Source: Malacoraja senta
Taxonomy: Eukaryota
DNA: 64,000 bases
Assembly: GCA_038087875.1 (NCBI GenBank)
Contig: CM075988.1
Location: 24,306,001-24,370,000 of the forward strand
Direction of reading: 5' to 3'
The notes beneath the pieces are model-generated. The model did no database searches. It worked only from the letters and a program-made list of their open reading frames with translations, and was not told where the DNA came from. Below are positions 35,248 through 48,099 of this stretch, piece after piece (position 1 is the first letter of the stretch; each line of letters begins with the position of its first letter). The position numbers were made by a program, and so were the translations under genes.

Positions 35248-35355
35248 CATTCTCAAAGACAGAAGCAGAAAGAAAAAAGGCCGTCAAAAGGAATTGACAA
35301 AGATGAATGAGTCTCTGAAGGAACGAGAGATAAATATGGAAGAGGAACGGCTGAG
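35248..35355 (+). CDS. Internal coding exon of an unidentified host gene (ILKDRSRKKKGRQKELTKMNESLKEREINMEEERL)
   Basis: Pyrimidine-rich acceptor ending CATGCAG, donor GAG/GTGAGT, 108 nt (phase 2-2), only one open frame, non-repetitive context. Confidence 0.7.
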
Positions 35356-35434
35356 GTGAGTTAAAACACATGGACAGAACAGGAAGAGGTCTAAATGCTG
35401 CAAGATTGGACTAAATTAAGACAATAATGAAATT

Positions 35435-35800
35435 TTGATTGATTGATTGAATACCTTTAATAATCCTTTACAGGAAATTACAGTGCCACGACAGCTTCAA
35501 GACAGACATAACACCACACATTTCCTCAAATAGCTTCCATACTTAACAAGTTAAAATACAAGTTAAAATACAAGTTAAAATACAATTAATGAAAAAAAAA
35601 GTGCAGTTATTTATGCGCATTATATAACCTTATAGCAGCTGGTAAACAGGACTTCCTATGTCTCTCCGTTTTGCACATTGGTGCAATCAGTCTCTGACTG
35701 AAGATGCTGCTCTTGATCACCTTCAGGGCATGGAGTGGGTGAGTGGGGTTGGTCATTATTGAACCCAGTTTGTTCAGAGTTCTGGCCTCTGCCACCTGCT
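35435..35800 (-). mobile_element. Rex1/Babar-type LINE 3' end
   Basis: HPLH..CKTERHRKSCLPAAIRLYN motif; (TTGA)n tail. Confidence 0.75.
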
Positions 35801-36529
35801 GGACCGTTCGTTGCTCGTGCAAATGAAACTTTGGTTGGGAGCATTTCATTCCCAACAAAGTTTCCTATTCTGATGAAGATGAATTATTATTTTTTCGTGC
35901 AATTGTGTGTTCATTGAGGAGTTATATAATTTTTTTGGAGGAAGGGTTTGTTTCGCCACGTTTGAAGCATTATCAGTGGCAAACATATCCAGGCCATTTG
36001 AAGCTTCAGATAGAGGGAGAGCAAAGTTCACCCTGCACAGTCCTTTAATAAATTCACAGAGCAGGTACTGAACTGTAGACGCTCCTGTCAAGGGCAGGTG
36101 TGGAATGGAGTAAAGCTGACTCTGTACGGTTCCACCAAACACTCCAGCCTACATAGAGTTAGAGACAAGTAAAATTCCCTCGATATTCTCTCATTGAACA
36201 CCTGCAGAGCGAGCAGCTAATATGTTGACCGACAAACCTGCATGTCTTCGGAGCGCTGGAGGAAACCGGAGAACCCGGTGAAAACACACGTGGTCGTAGA
36301 GAGAACGTGCAAACTCCACACAGACAGCACCTGTAGTCAGGATCAAACCTGGGCCACTGGCACTGCAAGGCAGCAGCTCGACCACTGCGCGCCACTGTGC
36401 TGCCTTGTGTCAAAGGCCTTCTTAAAGTCCACGCGGGCAATGTCGACCACCCTGACCTCACCATTCCTCTTCATCGCCTCTTCAGAAAACCTCAAACAAA
36501 CCACTGAGACATTATCTGCCACACACAAA

Positions 36530-36800
36530 TGACCCGAATCGTCACCCATTCCTTCTCTCCAGAGATGCTGCCTGTCCCTGTCTGCCTGTCTGACGAAGGG
36601 TCTCGACCCAAAACGTTGCCTATTTCCTTCGCTCCATAGATGCTGCTGCACCCACTGAGTTTCTCCAGCATTTTTGTCTACCTTCGATTTTCCAGCATCT
36701 GCAGTTCCTTCTTAAACAACATGCTGCCTGTCCCGCTGAGTTACTCCAGCATTTTGTGTCTATCTTCGATTTAAACCAGCATCTGCAGTTCGTTCCTGCA
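36530..36800 (+). mobile_element. Tandem cluster of Penelope-derived short elements
   Basis: Three partial copies from two subfamilies; CTGACGAAGGGTCTCGACCC core variant. Confidence 0.75.
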
Positions 36801-37265
36801 CAAGCCATGCTGGCTGTTCCTTCTCAGAATCCCAGAGATGAGGTGAAAGTGACTGCCTTGATATTAAGGCAGTGTTTGGCCGAATGTGTTGTCGAGGACA
36901 CTTGTTAAAATTGCTCAGTGGGAACCAAGGACAAAACTCTCACCTGAAACCCTCCTTGATTTGTAGCTTCCACATAGTAAAATGGTTGTAATCATTGAAG
37001 TTAATCATCTCATCCCCGTGACAAGGTTGCAAGGGTTTCTTAAAGCAGTGTCCTAGGCCCACTCATCTTCAGCCTCTTCACCAGTGACCTTCCTTCCATT
37101 ATAAAGTCAGAAGTGGGAATCTACACTGATGACCGAGCAATGCTTTCTTTGTTGATGGGCGTGGACATTGCTGGCAATACCAGTGTGTGATATCCATCCC
37201 TCATTAGCCTTGAGAAAGTTTCGTAGAACTGCCTTCTTGAACTGCTGCACACCTCCTGTTGAAAG

Positions 37266-37665
37266 CAAAGATCCTATAGCGAGCAAGATAGTCCACTCGA
37301 CGAAAAAGACGTAGTACGGTCATGGGCAGATTCATGGGTGATTTAAGGCCCCATTTCCGTAACCGGCTTCCGTCTCCGCACCAAAGATCCCATAGGATAC
37401 TAGTGCGGAGACGGAATCCGGTTACGGAAACATCCTCGTAAAAATAAAAGTTATTTGGTAAAAATCTTCTCCTCATTTTCAGAATTATAATTTATTAACA
37501 CAAACTGTTCCCCCGCAACGTTGATTACACTGCGAGTCGGGTCGGGTTGGGTCCGGTTACGGAAATGGATGAAAAAAAGGCCCACGTTCCGTTCCGTTGC
37601 GTACTACACGTCAACCCATTGCATTTAGCAGGAGTGGTCTATCTTGCTCCGCTATAGGATCTTTG
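37266..37665. mobile_element. 400-bp MITE with 8-bp TSD (hAT or P class)
   Basis: TIR CAAAGATCCTATAGCG(G)AGCAAGATAG(T/A)CCACTC; TSD GTTGAA(A/G)G at 37258-37265 and 37666-37673. Confidence 0.8.
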
Positions 37666-37761
37666 GTTGAAGGCAATCCCACCATCCTGAGTTAATGCTT
37701 GATCTTAATCCTGAAACTCCCAATGACTTTACTTCTTGTGATCTTATTCAACAATTCATTG

Positions 37762-38070
37762 GGTGGCACGTTGGAGCAGTGGTAGAGTTGTGGCCTTACA
37801 GCTCTAGAGACCCAGGTTTGATCCCTACTACAGGCGCTGTCTGTTCGGAGTTTGTACCTCCTCCCCGTGACCTGCGTGGGTTTTTTTCCCCGGGTGCTCT
37901 GGTTTCCTCCCCTATTCCAAAGACGTGCAGGTTTGTAGGTTAATTTAGCTTTGGTAAAATATGGTAAATTGTCCCTAGTGTGCAGTATAATGTAAGTGTA
38001 CAAAGATCACTGATGATGCAGACTCACTGGCCCGATTCCACACTGTATCTCTAAACTAAACTAAACTAAA
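37762..38070 (+). mobile_element. HE1-type V-SINE
   Basis: Head, core and (CTAAA)n tail. Confidence 0.85.
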
Positions 38071-38456
38071 TCCATTGGGCCCATGATGGCCCTCAGCAGA
38101 TCATTCCCACACTTGATTACCCTTTAACCTATTCTTTCTCACATGCCTATCAATTCCTATTTTAAAAAGTGGGAAGTAGGAGTGGATGTGTCAATGGAAG
38201 AGGACCTTTCCTTTGCACTGCCTGCTTACAGTGATGCTCTACCTAGAGCTTCTCAGCGAATTACATCCAGATCCAGACATTAAATGTGACAGTACTTGTT
38301 CCGATAATAGACAATAGACAAGGCCAAGACAATAGAGGGATATGGGTCAACCGCGGGCAAATAGGACTGGCATAGATGGGCACCCTGGTCGGTATGGATG
38401 AGTTGGGCTGAAGCTGCTTCAATGCTGTATGACTCTATGGGGCTATTTGGTTGCCG

Positions 38457-38470
38457 GTTTCCATGGAAAC
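38457..38470. promoter_or_regulatory. Palindromic X-box-like motif
   Basis: GTTTCCATGGAAAC, with an adjacent GGTTGCC half-site. Confidence 0.4.
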
Positions 38471-38769
38471 AATCCCGCACTCTCCCATCACTGGTGGGCC
38501 AAGCCTGCCCCCCTCCCCCCCCTTAATTAATCCCACACAGAAACTAAACGTTGTTCGTTCGCTGAAACAATGTTCCTCTGGGAAAGGTTACAGAAAATGT
38601 TCAGATTTTACTGTGATTTAGATAATCAGCATGAGCCCGTGGGTCATTTTCATAAGCATATCAGATTTACGGTGTCAAAATAAAAGCTTCTTGCCTCTGA
38701 CTGCCTGCTCTCCTCATTCCAAGGCCCCCCGTCACCACCAGTGCTGTGATATAGCAAATGTAACATAGA

Positions 38770-39370
38770 GGAAGTTGCCAGGACTCAAGGGCCTGAGCTA
38801 TGGGGAGAGGTTGAGCAATCTAGGACTCTATTCCTTGCAGTGAGTGCAGGAGGATGAGGGGTGATCGTAGAGAGGTGTATAAAATCATGAGAGAACGACA
38901 CGGTGGCGCAGCAGCGGAGTTGCTGCCTTACAGCGCCAGGTCCTGGGTTTGATCCCGACTATGGGTACTGTCTGTACAAAATTTGTACGTTCTCCCCGTA
39001 ACCTGCGTGGGTTTTCTCCAAGATCTTCGGTTTCCTCCCGCTCTCCAAAGACGTACAGGTTTCTAGGTTAATTGGCTTGCTATAATTGTAAATTGTCCCT
39101 AGTGTAGGAGAGTGATAATGTGCGGAGATCGCTGGTCGGCGTGGATTGGTGGGTAACTTTTTTACACAAAGGGTAGTGGGTGTATGGAACGAGCTGCCAG
39201 AGGAAGTAGTTGAGGCTGGTATTATCGTGACGTTTAAGAAACATTTAGACAGGTACATGGATAGCAAATGGACAGGTTTAGAGGGATATGGGCCAAACGC
39301 AGGTAGGTAGGTAGGACAAGTGTAGATGGGCCGAAGGGCCTACTTCCACGCTCTAAGACTCTGTGACTCT
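38770..39370 (+). mobile_element. CR1 3' fragment with an HE1 SINE inside (~38895-39150)
   Basis: Similarity to the other copies. Confidence 0.75.
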
Positions 39371-40007
39371 AAAACCCATTGCCCAACGCTTGTTTTGCCT
39401 TGAATCCATTTTCATTAAAATCCTGCTACTTAGTCCCTAATTACAAAAAGTAAAACAGCTGTTGTGTCCCCATCACTCACTGACACTGGTAATAGAGGCT
39501 CGCCATCTTACACATTTAACAGGGATCCCTCTGAAACTCACCATTCAATTACATTCTAAACATCCATTTTCTCCGCTTGTTGCTAATGTCTGTAATTAGC
39601 ACTCGATTATAATTTATGTTTTAGCTCCTTTTTCACTCAGTGTCTCGCTCTGCACAAAAGGATGGATTCTATTCTTATTGAGCAAGTTGACTCTTTTACA
39701 ATAGATAATTGATGATAATGCTCCTTAATGTGTCTTATTTCTTCAGTCCTTTACCAAGCCCGGAATGTACCGGTTAGATGGGTTTGTATTCAGCTTCTCA
39801 CACGCAGTGTCTCAGTGGAGTGGGACTCTGCAAAAGAGGAGGCAGGCTGAGAACAGTGCCTTTCTTTTCAGCGAGAGCCTCCCCTGACAGGTGCTTTCTT
39901 CATGGCTGTAACCCACAAAGGTCTCATAATTAACATTCTACACAAATGGCAATGAGTGAGTTTGAATCTTTCAACAATATCACCAGTGTGGGAAAAGACG
40001 CGGCATA

Positions 40008-40490
40008 GTTTAGATTCACCTGTTGTCACGTGTACCGAGGTACAGTGAAAAGCTTCTGTTGCATGCTAGCCGGTCAGCGGAAAGACAATACATGATGACA
40101 ATCGAGCCATCCGCAGTGTACAGATACATGATAAAGGGAATAACGTGAATAAAATTGAGGACACGATGAAGCCTGTAATGTCCGATTGTTCGAGGGTCTC
40201 CAATGGGGTTCAGCACTGTTCTCCGGTTGCGGTAGGATGGTTCAGTTGCCTGACAACAGCTGGGAAGAAACTGTCTCTGAATCTGGAGGTGTGCTTTTTC
40301 ATACTTCTATACCTTTTGTCCGATGGGAGATGGGAGAAGAGGGAGTGGCCGGGGTGCGACTCGTCCTTGATTATGCTGCTGGCCTTGCCGAGGCAGCGTG
40401 AGATGTAAATGGAGTCAATGGAAGAGAGGCTGGTTTGTGTGATGGTCTGGGCTGCATCCATAATTCTCTGTAATAGTTTCTGCATGGAGC
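40008..40490 (-). mobile_element. Rex1/Babar-type LINE 3' fragment
   Basis: HPGHSLFSHLPSDKRYRS..RFRDSFFPAVVRQLN. Confidence 0.8.
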
Positions 40491-40574
40491 AAAACTATAG
40501 AGACACAGAGTCAGAGAGCATGGGAACAACCCTTCAGCCCACCAAGTCTGCACCAACCATCACTTCTGTACTAA

Positions 40575-40749
40575 GGTAGGCAAAATTGCTGGAGAAACTC
40601 AGTGTTTCTTCCGAAAGGGTTCTGAAGAAGGGTTTCGGCCCGAAACGTTGCCTATTTCCTTCGCTCCATAGATGCTGCTGCACCCGCTGAGTTTCTCCAG
40701 CACTTTTGTCTACCTTCGATTTTCCAGCATCTGCAGTTCCTTCTTAAAC
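40575..40749. mobile_element. Inverted Penelope-derived insertion with intact hammerhead core at 40622
   Basis: CTGAAGAAGGGTTTCGGCCCGAAACGTT; imperfect TSD CACTTCTGT(A/G)C(T/C)AA. Confidence 0.8.
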
Positions 40750-41540
40750 ACTTCTGTGCCAACCATAGCTTACATTTGTAAACTAATTGCATTTTACATC
40801 TCTATAACGTTGCCTTGAGTCATAGAAAACCAGAAACGTAGAAAATAAGTGCGAGAGTAGGCCATTCGGCCTTTCGAGCCAGCACCCCCATACAATATGA
40901 TCGTGGCTGATCATCCAAAATCAGTACCCCGTTCCTGCTTTCTCCCCATATCCCTTGATTCCATTAGCCCTAAGAGCTAAATCTACAGTAACTCTCTCTT
41001 GAGAACATGTCCAGGCAACATCCTCGTAAAAAATATTCTGCGCCCTTTCCAGCTTGGTGGCATCGTCCCTCTTTGCAGGATGACCAGAACCAAACACAAC
41101 ACCTCAAGTGTGTCCTCATCAACAACTTGATACCTTTCGGCATCATATCCTCATCCCTATAACCAACAATGAAGGCTAGTGCCAAATGGCCCCTACACCA
41201 CTCTACCCACCCATGCTGCCACTTTCAGATGTACTTGTACTTCTCGGTCCTGTTCTACAATTACAAGGGCCCCATCTTTCACTGTGAAAATCCCACCCAA
41301 AATGGGGGCTTTGTACTTGCCTACAAGTGGAGAATTCAATGTTCATATCATTGGGTTGCATGCTGCCCAAGTGGCATATGAGGTGTTTATTAATTCAGTT
41401 TGTGTGTGGCCACACTCTGGTCATGGAGGAGACCCAGTGTGGGAATGGGAAGGGAGTTAAAATGGTTGGCACCGAGGAGATCAAGAAGGCTTTGGTGCAC
41501 TGTGACAGATTCGGAGCTGGGGCAAGGGTTGGAGTTATAG

Positions 41541-42560
41541 TAGCGATGTTACAATACTTACCTTCAGCGGCGATGCAGTTCTGCCACTGGCCGTGTGCGC
41601 GACTTAGGCGCCTTTGAGGGGGGGGGCAGGATTAAAATGCCGTTTTCTCCTGCCTGTCGGAGGCGAACTTCCTCAGGCTGCCAGCTGCTGCAGAACAATC
41701 GACCGGACTTCCGTTCTCGATATGTTTTTTTTTTTTAATCGCGGGACAATTTAATCGCTGGATTAAAATAAAAAGCTACTTCTAACGCCGTCAACGCCTA
41801 CAACGTGACGGATCTCAAGTAGGGGACGAAACAAAGTGTAAGTCGTCTATTTTACATATAAACTTGCTTCTTAGGATGACTTTAATCAAAATTTCCTTGG
41901 CGAAAATGTGATTTTGGCCCCATACGAACCGGCAGTGTTTTTCCTGCCGATATGGCGTTCAAATTCACCGCAAATGCAACGTTCCAATCGATCACGTTCC
42001 ACAAAAACCCACTCGCAAGATGATTAAAATGCCCATTAATTTATGGGAATTAAACATTCAATTCCTTCCATTTGGCCTATAAATCATGACAATTAGATTA
42101 AAAAATCATGTTATATTGTGAATTTTTGTGTGAATGTTATTTGGACACTTAGGCTATTTAACAATGTTAACCTTTTCTTAAGAAATGGATAGATGTTTAG
42201 ATCTAGTAATGAATTTTGTAATTAGCTACAATTAGGTAACTAACTAATTATATGCTTTAATTTCAGGTCATCCAGTAAGATTGTTTCATATTTGTTTCGG
42301 AATGCTTCAATCTATAATAACTGAAAATTTCATTCAGTTCTCTTAATTTTTAAGAAAGTTATGGGCTTTTGACTGTCCTCGATCAAGTCAATGGAAAAGC
42401 AATTAGCAATAGATGCTAATTTCAGAGTATGAAAATGGCCATAACTTTTTTTAATACTGAAGATATGAAAGTGAATTAGGTGTCAAATTAAACTTCTTTT
42501 TATGCTTTATCTGAATTGCAGACTTGATTTTTAAAATCTCAAAATGTTGTAACATTGCTA
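41541..42560. mobile_element. 1.02-kb non-autonomous DNA transposon, superfamily uncertain
   Basis: TIR TAGC(G/A)ATGTTACAA; candidate 7-bp TSD GTTA(T/C)AG. Confidence 0.7.
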
Positions 42561-42589
42561 GTTACAGCTGGATCTGGAGCCAGGGATGG

Positions 42590-42702
42590 AAACAGATAGA
42601 CAGATAGAGACAGCGACAGAGACAGAGACAGAGACAGAGACAGGGACAGAGACAGAGACAGAGACAGAGACAGGGACAGAGACAGGGACAGAGCAGGGAC
42701 AG
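42590..42702. repeat. (GAGACA/GGGACA)n hexamer repeat
   Basis: Directly visible. Confidence 0.9.
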
Positions 42703-42779
42703 GAGATGGATCTCGAGTTGGAGCTAACGCTGGGGCTGGAGCGAGGGTGGTGCTGGTGCTGGAAGCAATGCCTAGCGCA

Positions 42780-43080
42780 CGGTGGCGATGCAGTGGTTCG
42801 GCAACTGGACTGCTAACTTAGTCGACCTCAACCACTAACTCAGAAAGCTGAGTTCAAATCTCCCACCAGGGCAGCTGTGGTAATGGTGATGATCACAGGT
42901 CGACCACGTTGTGATAAGAAGCATGACCTTCAGGGGAGAAAATCTGTCATCTTCACCTTGTGTGTCCAGGATGTGGCTTTGGAAATGGCCTTTAAAGCCA
43001 CTCTGTCCAGTGGCAATGAGGGAAAGGCAATAAATGCTGTCCTTGCAGCTCTGCCCACTTATTGAAATTGAATTAAAAAT
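42780..43080 (+). mobile_element. Old tRNA-derived SINE of a different family
   Basis: A-box-like GCAGTGGT, B-box GAGTTCAAATC, tail GGCAATAAATGCTG..GCCCAC. Confidence 0.45.
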
Positions 43081-43399
43081 AAGTCAATTTAACAGGGTGG
43101 CCTGAACTGCATATCTGACTGTCACAGTTCGGAGACTTAGCCTGCGGGTTTGATGGCAGAGATATGAAAATGATGGATGGAGAGCTGCAAAATCTCACCG
43201 CAAGGCCTCCTACACATTTGTGTTTTTACTTTCATTTCCTAGAAGCCAATAAAATGCTGCCTGAACACTGATGAGCAAAATATAACAGGCATAATGAAGT
43301 CAGGGTGATTTATAAACCTGAGCCCACTATGAATTGGGGTGAGCCTACTACCAACGTCGTGCTCAGCTACGAGGAGTCGCATCTATCGCCGCGAAACGT

Positions 43400-44015
43400 G
43401 GCAACACCACATCCAAGACCGCTAGAAATTGCAGCGGATTGCAGACGCGGCCCAGACCATCACACAAAACCAACCTCCCTTCCATTGACTCCATCTACAC
43501 CTCACGCTGCCTCGGCAAGGCCAGCAGCATAATCGAGGACCAGTCGTGCTTTGGCCACTCCCTCTTCTCCCCTCTCCCATCAGGCAAGAGGTACGGAAGT
43601 GTGAAAATGCACACCTCCAGATTCAGGGACAGTTTCTTCCCAGCTGTTATCAGACAACTGAACCATCCTACCAACAAAGTAGACAGAAAATGCTGGAGAA
43701 ACTCAGCGGGTGAGGCAGCAGCTATGGAGAAAAGGAGTAGGCGACGTTCCGGGTCGAGACCTTTCTTCACACTGACAATAACGACAGAGCAGTCCTGAGC
43801 TACTTTCAACCTCATTGGAGACCCATGGACTATCGTTGATGGGACTTTATTGGCTTTATCTTGCTCTAAATGTTATTCAGGTTATTTCCTTTATCAGGAA
43901 TCTGTGCACAGTGAATGGATCGATTGTAATCATGTTTTGTCTTTCCGCTGACTGGATAGCACGCAACAGAAGCTTTTTGCTGTACCTCGGTACTTGTGAT
44001 AATAAATTAAACTCA
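43400..44015 (+). mobile_element. Rex1/Babar-type LINE 3' fragment with a Penelope-derived insert (~43678-43775)
   Basis: GHSLFSPLPSGKRYGS..RFRDSFFPAVIRQLN. Confidence 0.8.
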
Positions 44016-44177
44016 AGGCGCATTGTAGAAATGCTCTCCAATAAAACAATTGACAAGGAAGGTGGTGTATGACTCCCTGACTCTCTATGACCCCTTCTTC
44101 ACTCTCTATAAAGCCTCCACATCCTGCCTGTAAAAGAGATATTTGTCTTCAATTACATGATCTGCTTGGTTCAGAGT

Positions 44178-44741
44178 AGGGGCTGTCCCACTTGGGTGAC
44201 CTAATTGGCGAGTTTAGAAGAGTTTGAAAAAATGACATGTTGTAGACCTCCTTCGACTATGTAGAAGACCTCCTTCGACCTTCTTCGACTTTGTTGAAGA
44301 CCAGCTTCGACTAGCTACGACTAACTTCGGGAAAATTGGACACCGAATAGTGGAGAGTGAAGACGACCACCTTCGACCTCCCTTCAACTATGATGAAGAC
44401 TATCTACGACTACCTTCGACTACCTTTGACTACCCTCGATTACCTATGACTAACATGCTGACCTACTACGACCTACTACGACCTACTACGACTAAACCTA
44501 CGAGTAAAAAAAGTATCGATTTTTTCCATGGCGACCTTTTTTTACTCGCAGGCATTTTTTTAACATATTGAAAAAACCCGCCGCGACCTAGCTGAGGCCT
44601 CGAGTACGCGGAGACCACTCTCGAGCATGAAGGAGAGTTACAAAGACCTCCTACGACCTCGTGTCTACCGTGCTGCGAGTATGAGTCGAGGGCAAACTCG
44701 CCAGAACTCGCGGTTTAGGCCGCCCAAGTGGGACAGGCCCA
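44178..44741. mobile_element. PIF/Harbinger-type MITE with internal (CTT/CTA)CGAC repeats
   Basis: TIR ..CTGTCCCACTTGGG(T/C)G(A/G)CCTAA; TAA on the right. Confidence 0.75.
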
Positions 44742-44762
44742 TAAGATTCAGTGTGTGTTGCT

Positions 44763-44777
44763 GTTACCTTAGGCAAC
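44763..44777. promoter_or_regulatory. RFX X-box motif
   Basis: GTTACC-TTA-GGCAAC. Confidence 0.4.
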
Positions 44778-45142
44778 CGGTAGTCTAATGCCAAATGCCA
44801 AGGCTCCCTCACTAATAATTTCTGACAACTAGCTTTATTTTTCATAAATTATTTCTGTTGTTATATCCACTGTAAGGTTGCTGGTTATATCCCTGTTAAA
44901 CATATCTCACACCTTCTTCATTTATCTCTGGTCTTTGATCCAACCATCTGCCTATCAACCCCCCCCCCTCCCCCCATTACCTGCCATCCACCTGTCCTGC
45001 CTCTCTCCTCTTCAATCATTCTTCCCCCTCCCCACAATCAGTATGAAGACGGGTCCCAACCCGAAACATCACCTCTTTGCGTTCACCTATCCAAAGATGC
45101 TGCCTGACTCGTTGAGTTACTTGAGCACTTTGTGTCATTCAT

Positions 45143-45612
45143 AAGGTCATAAGTGATAGGAGTAGAATTAGACAATAAGGCCCATCGTCTACTCTGCCAT
45201 TCAATCATGGCTGATCTATCTCTCCCTCCGAACCCCATTCTCCTGCCTTCTCCCCATAACCTCTGACACCTGTACTAATCAAGAATCTATCTATCTCTGC
45301 CTTATAAATATCCACTGACTTGGTCTCTGCAACCTTCTATGGCAAATAATTCTACAGATTCACCACCCTCTGACTAAATAAATTTCTCCTCATCTCCTTC
45401 TTAAAAGAACTTCCTTTAATTCTGAGGCTATGACCTCTAGTCCGAGACTCTCCCACGAGTGGAAATATCCTCTCCACATCCACTCCATCCAAACACACTA
45501 TTCTGTATGTTTCAATGAGGTCCCCCCTCAATCTTCTAAACTCCAGCGAGTACAGGCCAGTGCCATCAAACTCTCATCATAGGTTAACCTACTCATTCCT
45601 GGGATCATTCAT
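45143..45612 (-). mobile_element. CR1 3' fragment
   Basis: Same subfamily as 15307-15615 and 54155-54570. Confidence 0.85.
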
Positions 45613-46339
45613 GTTAAAATTCTGGGATCTATTTACAGGTTGGTACTGTTCCCATTCACAGTTCCTAAGACTGGCAGTCCAGGGAGACAGCTGTTTCTCT
45701 TTATTAAATCTGTTAGCTATTCTGGATTCTATTTGGTGGGGTAGGCTTGTCTCAATATTTTGTGCCATTGGAGTTAGGGTTTTGTGATGAATGGGAGAAA
45801 GGCGCTTGATGAAACACATCAGCCATCTCTTAAAAGGTATTGAGGCAGTGCATAATTTGAAATAACTACCTTAATGGAAAGCCAACATTAATATAACTGC
45901 AGCAAAATTACATGAAAAATTAATAAATGCATTGCTTCAAATACATCTTATTGCCTATTCTCATAAACTCCTGTAAATGTACTGTTCCAAAGCAGATTGG
46001 GGAATGTGTGTGACTGGCTTGTGTGCTGCAATTTCCCCGCTGGGAAATACCTTCGAAAGCAAGGGTGATAGATGGATGAAATTGTTCTGCGTGCTGTGGC
46101 GCAGAATCTTAATCAGGATACCATGGGACCATCGTGGCCCAGTATTAAATCGGCAGCAGCCCACAGCATCAGATGGTGAACAGCTCTGCTTTCTGTTAGC
46201 ACAAAGTACAGGCTCCTTTGCTCCGCGTTAACTGTGTATTTGTGAGTGCTTTTGTCCAGTTTAGCGGGAGCTTCACTCTGCAACTAACCCTGGGAACGTT
46301 CGATTGGGAGCGCAGAACAAATTTTGCCGTGCAGCAAAT

Positions 46340-46960
46340 CAAGCTGGAAAGGGTGCAGAGAGGATTTATGAGGATGTTGCCATGACTCGAGGGTTTGAGC
46401 TATAGGGTGAGGTTGAGCAGGCTAGGACTCTGTTGCTTGGAGCGCAGGAGGGTGAGGGGTGATCTTATAGAAGTGTCTAAAATCATGAGAGCAATAGATC
46501 GGGTAGACGCACAGAGTCCCTTGCCCAGAGTAGGTGAATCGAGGACCAGAGGACATAGCTTAAGGTGAGGAGGGAAAGATTTAATAGGAACCTGAGGGGT
46601 AACCTAGAGGCAGGAAACATGTTCCTGATGTTGGGGGAGTCCAGAACCAGGGGCCACAGTTTAAGAATAAGGAGTAAGCCATTTAGAACGGAGACGAGGA
46701 AACACTTTTTCTCACAGAGAGTGGTGAGTCTGTGGAATTCTCTGCCTCAGAGGGCGGTGGAGGCAGGTTCTCTGGATGCTTTCAAGAGAGAGCTAGATAG
46801 GGCTCTTAAAAATAGCGGAGTCAGGGGATATGGGGAGAAGGCAGGAACGGGGTACTGATTGGGGATGATCAGCTTTGATCACATTGAATGGCGGTGCTGG
46901 CTCGAAGGGCCAAATGGCCTACTCCTGCACCTATTGTCTAATGCCTATTGTCTATTGTCT
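46340..46960 (+). mobile_element. Composite of two CR1 subfamily 3' fragments
   Basis: Subfamily switch near 46602; TRGHSL..LWNSLP..GYGEKAG; (TATTGTC)n tail. Confidence 0.85.
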
Positions 46961-47319
46961 AACTGAATGCTTCAATTGAGCATTCAGTAAAGATATATTC
47001 AGATTTGATACAGAGTTGTATTATGGTGCAGCAGCTGGTTTGGCTGCCTCCCATCTCCAGTGGCACAGGTTCGATCCTGGCCCTGGCTTCTACTTCATGT
47101 GGACTATGCACATTTCCCCAGGTTTCTTTGCTACCGAAAGACACGCAGGTCGGCTAATTCGCTACTGGAAGTTACACGTTAGTGCAGGTAACTGGCAGAA
47201 TAATTAAATGGAGAAGTTAGTGGGCATGTGAAAGAGACTACATGGCAGTATATTAGTGTATTAACAGGAAGGCGTGCTGGATTGTTGGTAATGCTAAGCT
47301 CGGAGCCAGCATATGCCTA

Positions 47320-47685
47320 ATAGAAACATTAAAAATAGATGCAGGAGTAGGCCATTCGGCCCTTCGAGCCAGCGCCGCCATTCAATATGATCATGGCTGA
47401 TCGTCCAAAAACCTGTACCCCGTTCCTGCTTTTTCGCCATATCCCTTGATTCCTTTAGCCCTAAGAGCTAAATCTAACTCTCTCTTGAAAACATCCAGTG
47501 AATTGGCCTCCACTGCCTTCTGTGGCAGAGAATTCCACAGATTCACAACTCTCTGGGTGAAAACGTTTTTCCTCATTTCAGTCCTAAATGGCCTTATTCT
47601 TAAACTGTGGCCCCTGGTTCTGGACTCCCCAAACATCGGGAACATTTTTCCTGCATCTAGCCTGTCGAATCCTTTAAGAATTTGG
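47320..47685 (-). mobile_element. HER1/CR1 3' fragment
   Basis: ORF 47391-47645 carries CR1 C-terminal motifs. Confidence 0.88.
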
Positions 47686-48099
47686 ACCGAATGGCCTCAT
47701 AATTTATTGAAATAAGTGTATGAAACAACAGAAAATGCCCAGGTTCTGTGGGTTACATCACTGATTTGTTGTTATCAGATGCAGATTCAAATTTGGAATT
47801 TATTCATTATGACAATATATTTCCTTGGGATTTCTTCTTTAGTTCCAGCGTTCCGCCAATTTCTCAGATACCATTTCCGTTGTTCAATGTTACTGATCTT
47901 ACTTTTGTCCCAGTGCCAACTGGGTGAGGGGGAGGCTGTAGACAATGCCACCACTGTGATATCACAAACATTATCCACATGTTACTCCCTCCTGATACAG
48001 ACAGGAGGGGATGTGATCTTGGTCAGGTGCGGTGGGCAACTGTGAGGTTGTGCTAGTTGCCGGTAACTTCTGGCTTTCGTCTTAGATTTTTAATAGTTA

